A stretch of DNA of 64,000 nucleotides from Candidatus Poribacteria bacterium (lineage in GTDB: Bacteria; Poribacteria; WGA-4E; PCPOR2b): assembly GCA_965208675.1 (NCBI GenBank), contig OZ242351.1, positions 3,904,001 through 3,968,000 on the forward strand. Direction: 5' to 3'. Positions 32,200 through 39,610 of the stretch are shown one piece after another; within the stretch, counting starts at the first letter, position 1; every line of letters begins with the position of its first letter. Below the pieces are notes generated by a model that ran no database searches, had not been told where the DNA came from, and saw only the letters and a list, made by a program, of their open reading frames with translations. The position numbers and the translations under genes were made by a program.

Positions 32200-32360
32200 T
32201 TGGAAAAACATTGAAGAAAAAACTGTTGCTTGAACAGAAAAGCAGCACATTCTCCCCTGCCCTAAACAAGCAACAACGCGATCACGATGACAGAGAATCG
32301 AACCTGTATGAGCAAATTGACCGCCTGAATATTGAACTTATGGATTGAAAAAAGCTATCT
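32200..32360 (+). pseudogene. Degraded IS3-family orfA (transposase) remnant
   Basis: Translates as LKKKLLLEQKSSTFS...NLYEQIDRLNIELMD*, resembling the IS3 OrfA leucine-zipper end LYEQIGRLKVELDWLKKK, and is followed by an A-run. Confidence 0.5.
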
Positions 32361-32389
32361 CCCTTTTTGACCTCCTTTGACCCCCTAAT

Positions 32390-33138
32390 AATATCGATAG
32401 TCAACAAACCCATAAAGCCGCGGGGAATGCGTTCAATGCCATATTTCGATTTGCCGTATTGTCAAGGCAGATGCTTCACGGGCACTTCTGCGACCCGAAA
32501 GCCGTTTTGGTGAGCTAAAATCGGCAGATAGCGATGGCGATCTCCGTACACCAAGAGTTCCTAATCACTTGGCGTCTATAGGCTTTGAATCCACAGTTGA
32601 TGTCGTGGAGACTCAGACGCGTAAACCAACAGACCACTCGATTAAAGATTCGTGAGAGAGTGATTTTCGACCAAGAATCCTGACGATCCATTTTCCAACC
32701 GGACACGACATCACATCCTTCCTCGATTTTCGCTAGGAGGCGCGGGATTTCGTCCGGATCGTCTTGCAAGTCTGCATCCATCGTGATTATGACATCTCCC
32801 GTTGCATGGGCGAAACCTGCCGCTAGGGCAGTTGCCTTGCCCATGTTGCGTCGAAACTGAATGACAACGACTTGGGATGCTGACGCCCCCGCGTTACGCT
32901 CAAATTCTTGGATTGAGAGTTTCGATCTACCTATTGCATCCGTCCTATCTTGATGGAGGTGATAAATCTCCTGCATAACCTCGAAGGAACCATCCGTGCT
33001 TCCGTCGTCCACGAATATAATCTCATACGGCGCCCCAATTATCCCCATCACATCTCGAATTTGCTGGTAAAGGGGCCTTAGGGTCAATGCTTCGTTAAAG
33101 ACTGGAATGATAATGGAGAATTCTCTCAGTGCTTTCAC
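32390..33138 (-). pseudogene. GT2 polyprenol-phosphate glycosyltransferase (ArnC/DPM1-like), frameshifted and truncated
   Basis: IIIPVFNE, DDGSTD, DADLQD and HDINCGFKAYR motifs. After a frameshift near 32560 homology continues as ELLVYGDRHRYLPILAHQNGFRVAEVPVKHLP*QYGKSKYG with an in-frame TGA. The C-terminal TM helices are missing. Confidence 0.85.
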
Positions 33139-33143
33139 AACGC

Positions 33144-33836
33144 TTACTTTAACTGCTGTCGAATCACTTCAATATTCTTGCGTCGGTCTTCCAGCGATGC
33201 TTTACGAAATTTGCCCGGTAATCGCTGTGACCAGCTCGCATGAGCACCGTCAACATCAGGTCGGTCTCGATTTACTCCCATCTGACGACTTCTGATTGAT
33301 GCATTATCTTCCGCGGTACTATCAGCCGTTTGGTTGGGTTTATCATTCGATAACCAACTGAGGTCATTGAGAAATTGTATTGATGGGATTTTGAGGGTCA
33401 AATCCTCTCCCGAAATTTTCAATACGACCTGCTTTGATTTGATATTTTTAATCGTTGCAATTCCAATGTTTTGACCTAGACCCACGTAATAAGTGCGTGC
33501 AGAACTTCTTTCCGCCAAAATGGCTTTAGCAGCTTTACCATGGGATTCAACCCAAGTTGCAATTAGAATGTACTCAGGTTGCTGTTTCGGCGCCTTCCAA
33601 CCCAACGGGCGAAACAGATTATTCTCAACGATAACACGATAGAAATCGCGACTCCGGTCATTTTGTGAATTTGTTCTTTCTGGAATGGTTCTTCGTCGCT
33701 TGGATTGATGGTCTTCCGCACGCGCAGTGTTGATTTGAAGCATTAAGTCAAACGGTATCGCTACAGAAGATACTAGACACACCAGAAAAATTGCCAAAAT
33801 CCTACTGTTTTCGTTTTCTGTCTTGATTGGTTTCAT
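33144..33836 (-). CDS. Hypothetical membrane-anchored protein, GspC/PilP HR-domain-like
   Basis: N-terminal TM, then NNLFRPLG followed by LIAT...AKAIL...YYVGLGQNIG...IKNIKSKQVVL. The family call is tentative. Confidence 0.55.
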   Translation of the reverse strand: MKPIKTENENSRILAIFLVCLVSSVAIPFDLMLQINTARAEDHQSKRRRTIPERTNSQNDRSRDFYRVIVENNLFRPLGWKAPKQQPEYILIATWVESHGKAAKAILAERSSARTYYVGLGQNIGIATIKNIKSKQVVLKISGEDLTLKIPSIQFLNDLSWLSNDKPNQTADSTAEDNASIRSRQMGVNRDRPDVDGAHASWSQRLPGKFRKASLEDRRKNIEVIRQQLK

Positions 33837-34274
33837 TCGGGTTTCCTTTTCAACTCTTTTATCCGTATCGGGCGGGCAAAACCACTTCGCCTCCGTTTTT
33901 ACCGGTTATGAATCTACCTGGTATATCAGCCTGCTATCGAATAGATTTGAATTGGTTCAACGATTTAACATGTGGATTACGCTGTGTCGGCTGTGCAACT
34001 ATAATTCTTCAATGTTGTTTATCGAACTTCTAATTCTCATTACAATCACTTGAAGTCGCATAAACTCCCATCAAGACCCTTCAATTGAAATCTTCATACC
34101 AATAAAAAAATGTGACTTACGTTTACGCTAGTGATATTTAACCGCTTGATGTCGCAGAAAAATTGTGGGTGAGCGAAGGAGGATTTGTGCTCTCGTCTGA
34201 AAATTCCATCTTGAACCGAATCAGCTGCCCTTAACGGAGAGCCAGCAATTTATGACTTCTCTATTAACATGTTA

Positions 34275-36113
34275 CTAGCTAGCGTTAGGCGCACCATATA
34301 TCCAAACGAAATCAATCCCATTAATGCGGACAACATGCTCTAATCTCCGATTTACATCATGAATGCCCCGACCAAGTTGGACATCATAAAGATGAATAAC
34401 TTCATAGTCTGGATACAGTGTATTGTTCTCATCAAATTGGATTAACCTTCCAGTAAAATAAAGATTCATTCCTTGTGCAGCGATGGGAGAAGCACGTACC
34501 GTTAGATGCTTTGCATTTGGCTTCCGATTTAAATAAAGCGCTGCTCGATCTGAGCCAACCTCCCCGCCGATCGCAAAAAGTTTAGGAACATCTGCAACTT
34601 TCCATATCGGGTTATGATAAGCGATGTAGTCAGGATGTACAGACAGAACGGGAGCAATTTGGAAGAGCATGATGAATATCAGGATGAAGGATTTCACTAA
34701 ATATGAAAGCGGGCGCTTTCTGACATGCAACATAGTCTCTTTAATGGAGCCGTAGATTTTCAAATTTATGACCTCCTTTGCCAAGATAGAGAATCCAATT
34801 GCCGCTAAAATATCGAGGAATGGGAGAACGGGCAGAATATATCGGCTGATTTTTTTTGCCATCAAGGACAAAGGGATTACAAACACTAGGATGAACATCA
34901 ATAACGCAAGAAATATCCTCCTGTCTCGATACTCGCAGCGATCGCCGCAGCAAACAACCCATATGAACCCCAATATACACAGCGGTACGGTAAACGGCAA
35001 GCTTCGGAATGAAAGTAGCAGCGGATAATAGAGAGGCCCTGGGTCGTTGACAGGTTTTCCCAAAAACAGATATGCGACTTCGTGGGGTTTCGTTGCCCAA
35101 TCAAGTCCAAAGGCAATAGGTTGAGCGGCATACCATACACCCGCGCCAAGAATTGCAATCATCAAGAAACTAATGATTAAATTGCGAAGACCTATCTGCT
35201 TTCCCTCTGATGTTTGAATATGCCGGTAACCCCAGTAAGTGATTCCAAGTATAGACAGAACGCAAACGAAAAGTAAGAGTAAAGATTTCCCAGCAAACGT
35301 TGTCCATAAACGGGGCCATAGGCAAGTGACAGTCAAGAAAGTAGTTCCCAACCATGTCAAATACAGGGAAAAAATCGAAAAGTTCCGCGTGCATTTATCC
35401 CGACTTGTATTGAATAAACGGTAAAACACCAGGAGCAAAGGTAAGTAGAGTGCAAGCACGCATGTTGTAACTTTTGATAGACAAGCTAAACCGAAGCAGA
35501 TACCTGAAAAGATGACGTACCTTGAACCTTTGGACCGTTCCAAATAGACAAGAATTGAAAGTACCGATAGCAATGTAAAGCTTGTTGCAAGTGCATCCGT
35601 ATGCAACATCCGCGAGAGCGCAAGGTAAAAAGGATCTACAGCAACTAGTAGAGCAGCGATGTAACTTTTCCATGGCCCGAAGAGTTTTAAGAGGAGATAC
35701 CAAGCAATGAAAATAGCAACGATTGTCATCACAACAACACCGCTTCTAGCAGTCGCAAGCGTCTCGGCTGAAAAAAACGGCTTCGTCGCAAGATTCGTTG
35801 CTGTTGAAAGTCCGTCCTGGTATCTCAACCAAAGACCTATTCCGCCAAGCCACATCGTTGTCACACCTGGGTGTGGTACCGTGACCGTCCCATCTAGTTC
35901 CCAATTAATAAGCGATTGAATAAAGACATAGGAACGTCCCATCCACAACTCTTCATCTGCCAAACAGTGAGACTGCAGCGACAGAATACGCGGAAAGACT
36001 ACTATCACCGCGATACCTATCACTATGCATAATGTACCTACGCGATTCGGCGACATTTGAAAGAAATCGTTAATTCCAAGCGTGTGTGTTTTGATAGTTG
36101 GTTTAATTTGCAT
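34275..36113 (-). CDS. GT-C fold glycosyltransferase (ArnT/PMT, family 39/83-like)
   Basis: First-loop ADEELW, HPG, LHTDA and LSK motifs, RYILP, and more than 10 TM helices. Start overlaps the upstream stop. Confidence 0.85.
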   Translation of the reverse strand: MQIKPTIKTHTLGINDFFQMSPNRVGTLCIVIGIAVIVVFPRILSLQSHCLADEELWMGRSYVFIQSLINWELDGTVTVPHPGVTTMWLGGIGLWLRYQDGLSTATNLATKPFFSAETLATARSGVVVMTIVAIFIAWYLLLKLFGPWKSYIAALLVAVDPFYLALSRMLHTDALATSFTLLSVLSILVYLERSKGSRYVIFSGICFGLACLSKVTTCVLALYLPLLLVFYRLFNTSRDKCTRNFSIFSLYLTWLGTTFLTVTCLWPRLWTTFAGKSLLLLFVCVLSILGITYWGYRHIQTSEGKQIGLRNLIISFLMIAILGAGVWYAAQPIAFGLDWATKPHEVAYLFLGKPVNDPGPLYYPLLLSFRSLPFTVPLCILGFIWVVCCGDRCEYRDRRIFLALLMFILVFVIPLSLMAKKISRYILPVLPFLDILAAIGFSILAKEVINLKIYGSIKETMLHVRKRPLSYLVKSFILIFIMLFQIAPVLSVHPDYIAYHNPIWKVADVPKLFAIGGEVGSDRAALYLNRKPNAKHLTVRASPIAAQGMNLYFTGRLIQFDENNTLYPDYEVIHLYDVQLGRGIHDVNRRLEHVVRINGIDFVWIYGAPNAS

Positions 36114-36951
36114 CTTTTACGCACCGACACCCGACGTTGAACCCTCTGTAGGTTGGCAAGTCATAGTAACGATAGGTACTCTGCAACTGCAAACGCGTTG
36201 CTCCCCATCCTCCACCTCGCAAGACGCGATGCTTCCCATTTTTAGGTCCTTTCGGATTTTTGGACGGGCTTTTCACGTAGTAAGCTTCATCGTACCAATC
36301 CGAACACCATTCCCAGACATTTCCTGCCATATCCACAATGCCGTAAGGGCTTGCACCGGTCGGAAAACTTCCAACCGGAACTGTGCGTCTGCCATTGGCA
36401 ACCCGATAAGAGAGGTTCTCAAAGTTAATTTTGTTGCCCCACGGATATAGAAATCCCTCTGTTCCCCTTGCGGCTTTCTCCCATTCTGCCTCGGTCGGCA
36501 ATCGTTTACCAGCCCATCGACAATACGCATCCGCTTCATACCAACTGATGCCAATTATTGGTTGATTCGGGGCGCTATATAGTCCGTATGTAGATTGAAA
36601 AGTAAGAGGTTGACCCATTGCTAAGTACCCGTGAATCTGATTCTGTTCGATGAATTTCCAGCCCGATTTTGTCCAGAATTTCTTCTTGCGATATCCACCT
36701 TCTTGGATAAATCTTTCGTACTCCTGAATTGTCACCTCAAACTTATCAATGAGGTAGGCATCAAGATAAACCTCACGCGCCGGAGTTTGTCCAGGAAGTG
36801 CTGACTCCGACGCACTTCCCATGAGAAATGGACCTGCGGGAATCATAACCATATCCGTCTCGGCGCTTTCAGATTGATTACAAGCAGACACGATGAAGGA
36901 AAAAAGTATCAATGCGAAAATTGGGAAAAGGACATATCGTCTATTTTTCAT
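36103..36951 (-). CDS. FGE-sulfatase (SUMF1/PvdO-like) domain lipoprotein
   Basis: Lipobox SAC, MVMIPAGPFLMGS, RLPTEAEWEKAARG, DMAGNVWEW and RVLRGGGW. Lacks the catalytic Cys pair of true FGE. Confidence 0.92.
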   Translation of the reverse strand: MKNRRYVLFPIFALILFSFIVSACNQSESAETDMVMIPAGPFLMGSASESALPGQTPAREVYLDAYLIDKFEVTIQEYERFIQEGGYRKKKFWTKSGWKFIEQNQIHGYLAMGQPLTFQSTYGLYSAPNQPIIGISWYEADAYCRWAGKRLPTEAEWEKAARGTEGFLYPWGNKINFENLSYRVANGRRTVPVGSFPTGASPYGIVDMAGNVWEWCSDWYDEAYYVKSPSKNPKGPKNGKHRVLRGGGWGATRLQLQSTYRYYDLPTYRGFNVGCRCVKDAN

Positions 36952-37429
36952 AGCTAACCTCCGCTGGCATTAGGCTCTTTAAGGAATTGAGTTCTGCATG
37001 AACTGATTCTCTTTGTGCCCAAATGGCGTTACGTTCCTCTCTAGTTTCTCTTACCATTTCGTCAAGTTCATCCGCTTTCGAATTAGCTCCCAGTGACAAT
37101 CTTCTCATCTGTTCCACAATTGCCAGTGTCTCATCTTCACTCAGCGTTTTATCAGTTGTAATCTTATTCACCAATTCAGCAATTCTCTCGGGTGTTTTGT
37201 CATGGATTCGGCCAAGTTCGAAAATCTCTTGCCGCCGCTCTTCAATTTCTTCTAGCTGCTGAGAATAATCTTGATATTCCCTTTCAAGCTCCCGAATCTG
37301 TACGATTACCCTTTCTATCTCCGTTTCGCCTATACTGTTCGTTGAAGACAACCGACTACAACCAGATATGATTAAAGAGATGAGCATTAACACAAAACTT
37401 GGAAAAAGAAAGGATTGTCTATTTTTCAT
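36941..37429 (-). CDS. Hypothetical coiled-coil lipoprotein
   Basis: Lipobox SGC and an E/R-rich helical body nearly identical to the C-terminus of 38777..39490; GGAGG RBS. Confidence 0.75.
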   Translation of the reverse strand: MKNRQSFLFPSFVLMLISLIISGCSRLSSTNSIGETEIERVIVQIRELEREYQDYSQQLEEIEERRQEIFELGRIHDKTPERIAELVNKITTDKTLSEDETLAIVEQMRRLSLGANSKADELDEMVRETREERNAIWAQRESVHAELNSLKSLMPAEVSYEK

Positions 37430-37576
37430 GACTCACCTCCGCTGGTATTAGGCAGTGACCCCAATTGTTTGGACACGAAATTGCGGATGTTAAGAAGGTA
37501 TTTTGAAGTTTAGGACTTAACCTATAACTGTGTTAGTGCTGCGTAGTTAATTCAAGATTAAATATCGATTGGTGTT

Positions 37577-38401
37577 CTAGTGTGCATTATACGCTGCCTC
37601 GAATTCAGCAGGTGTCCGATAGCCTAGCGCTGAATGAGGCCTTTTCTGATTATACACGACATCTAATACTAGACTAAGTTGGTTGTATGCATCCCGGAAA
37701 TTCTGATACTCGGAGTCAACGATATACTCGTCTTTGATTCTGCCAATCGTACTCTCAACGTATGGATTCTGCCACGGTTTCCCACGGTCCGTCATGGAAA
37801 TGCGGCACGCTATCGCTCTCAATTGCTGACAATACTTCTCAGCAATGTACTGTCCACCTCGGTCTGAATGATGGATTTGCGGACGATGCTGTCTTGCTAA
37901 TGCTTTTCTCAAAGCCCCAGACAGCAGGTTAACTGACATGTTTTTTGACAACTCCCAGCCTCTTATGGTTCGAGTAAAAACATCAAACAATAACGCCAGA
38001 TAAGCCATTTGACCACTAGCCAGTGGAACATAGGTGATATCTGCACACCATATCTGGTCAGGATAAGAGACCGATAAATCTTTGAGCAAATTCGGATACG
38101 CATATCGTCCGGGTTGACTGTTGGTGGTGATAACCCGCTTTCGCCTAGGACGTACCTGAAGCCCTAGTGCGCCAACCAGACGTTGCACCCGTTTTCGGTT
38201 GACAACCAATCCTTGACGATGCAGTTCATTTGTGATTCTGCGATACCCATAGCGGTGATTTGATAAACGTATTTGCTCGATATGCCGGCAAAGCTGAGCA
38301 TCACCATCGGCTTTGGAATCGTAATAGAAACTGCTTCGAGACAAGCCGAGCACATTACACAGTAGGCTAATGGGAAATGCTTCGCTGCCGCGTTTCGCCA
38401 A
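37577..38401 (-). CDS. IS3-family transposase OrfB (DDE integrase core)
   Basis: YGYRRI, WCADITY, HHSDRGGQY, QNPYVES and YNQKRPHSALGY motifs. Confidence 0.95.
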   Translation of the reverse strand: MAKRGSEAFPISLLCNVLGLSRSSFYYDSKADGDAQLCRHIEQIRLSNHRYGYRRITNELHRQGLVVNRKRVQRLVGALGLQVRPRRKRVITTNSQPGRYAYPNLLKDLSVSYPDQIWCADITYVPLASGQMAYLALLFDVFTRTIRGWELSKNMSVNLLSGALRKALARQHRPQIHHSDRGGQYIAEKYCQQLRAIACRISMTDRGKPWQNPYVESTIGRIKDEYIVDSEYQNFRDAYNQLSLVLDVVYNQKRPHSALGYRTPAEFEAAYNAH

Positions 38402-38415
38402 TTCCCGTTTCTGCT

Positions 38416-38709
38416 TTATCGAGAGTCGAAGTAACTCAATACTTTTTTTGAGGCAGACAGCTCCAGTGTCAATTGCCCGACGAGACGCTCCAGTTCAGCG
38501 ATGCGCGCATTGGAGGCGTTCTTGTGGTTCTGCTCACCCACAAAGAGATTCGCAGCGTTTTCCATGAAGTGTTGGCGCCATTTGGACAGTAAGGTATCGC
38601 TGATTTGATATTCGTTACAAATTTCGACTGGGCGTTTCCGCCCACTGATGATATCTAGTACACATTCGAGCTTAAATTCGGGTGTAAATTGACGTCTTGT
38701 CTTCGACAT
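38416..38709 (-). CDS. IS3-family transposase OrfA (HTH); fuses to OrfB by a -1 frameshift
   Basis: RRQFTPEFK...IAELERLVGQL. An A7G slippery site near 38442-38449 gives a -1 frame KKSIELLRLSIKQKRELAKR that is continuous with OrfB. Confidence 0.92.
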   Translation of the reverse strand: MSKTRRQFTPEFKLECVLDIISGRKRPVEICNEYQISDTLLSKWRQHFMENAANLFVGEQNHKNASNARIAELERLVGQLTLELSASKKVLSYFDSR

Positions 38710-38776
38710 GATAGCCCCTTTCTGGACGGTTAATTATTATAAAATCCTTCTTAGCTCACTGTCCAGTTTTTTGGGG

Positions 38777-39490
38777 TCATTCCATTAGACTCCTTAAGGA
38801 ATTGAGTTCTGCATGAACTGATTCTCTTTGCGCCCAAATGGTGTTACGTTCCTCTCTAGTTTCTCTTACCATTTCGTCAAGTGCATCCGCTCTCGAATTG
38901 GCTCCTAACGACAATCGTCTCAACTGTTCCACAATTTCCAGCCTTTCATCTTCACTCAGCGTTTTATCAGTTGTAAGCCTATTCACTAATTCAGCGATTT
39001 TCTCGGGTGTTTTGTCATGAATTCGACCAAGTTCGAAAATCTCTTGCCGCTGCTCTTCAATTCCCTCCAGCTGCTGAGTATAATCTTCATACTCCCTTTC
39101 AAGCACCCGAATCTGTAGAATTATCTCTTTTGTCTCCGGCTCTATCTTCGCTTCCTCCGCTTCGCTCACACTGCTCTTGGAAGGTAGAAAGACCCCCGAT
39201 TTCTGCCGCCCCTCACTTACACCTACACCCAACACAAGAGCAGATTCATCCGTTGGTTCACGAGTTGAATGGAAAGAAACCTCATTTTTTTTCTCCTCAT
39301 GACGAACAGTTCTCTCATTAGCGTACAGGGGTATATGCTCTTCGTCTAGTTGAAGTCCGTTTTCAGCAGTTTCTACTGTCACTTCTGTAGGCTTATCAAC
39401 TAGAAAATAAAGAATCGAGTATATTATCCCTAAGGTTCCAGTTAGAAACATGCCGCCGATTGCTAATTTAAACAATAGATTACGATTCAT
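38777..39490 (-). CDS. Hypothetical membrane-anchored coiled-coil protein, C-terminus clipped by the IS
   Basis: N-terminal TM and GGAGG RBS. Removing the IS restores ...LRSLIPAEVSHEK*, matching the paralog's ...LKSLMPAEVSYEK*. Confidence 0.75.
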   Translation of the reverse strand: MNRNLLFKLAIGGMFLTGTLGIIYSILYFLVDKPTEVTVETAENGLQLDEEHIPLYANERTVRHEEKKNEVSFHSTREPTDESALVLGVGVSEGRQKSGVFLPSKSSVSEAEEAKIEPETKEIILQIRVLEREYEDYTQQLEGIEEQRQEIFELGRIHDKTPEKIAELVNRLTTDKTLSEDERLEIVEQLRRLSLGANSRADALDEMVRETREERNTIWAQRESVHAELNSLRSLME

Positions 39491-39610
39491 TTGAGGATTC
39501 CTCCAGCGCTATGATGCATGATTTTCTGTATCGAGGTATTGGCATTAGCTTAAAACGAAACGAATTGGTGTTGTATATAATACTCAAATTCTCCCATGAC
39601 AAATCAGGAC

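Larger units (their letters stand above)
37451..38784 (-). mobile_element. IS3-family insertion sequence (1334 bp)
   Basis: Imperfect terminal IRs GGCAGTGACCCCAATTGTTTGGACAC and revcomp TGGAATGACCCCAAAAAACTGGACAG; 3-bp direct repeats TTA at 37448-37450 and 38785-38787; contains orfA and orfB. Confidence 0.93.

Noticed and set aside
32450-32475. In-frame TGA in the GT2 tail as recoding (Sec or alternative genetic code)
   Set aside because: It is accompanied by a frameshift and truncation, and other genes use TGA as a normal stop, so pseudogenisation is the simpler explanation.
34166-34195. TGGGTGAGCGAAGGAGGATTTG resembles the reverse complement of a tRNA 3' end (att site)
   Set aside because: No TTCGA T-loop, no cloverleaf and no second copy or integrase in the window.
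36103-36951. FGE-domain gene as a true formylglycine-generating enzyme or DGR target
   Set aside because: The catalytic Cys pair is absent, and no reverse transcriptase or template repeat is present in the window.
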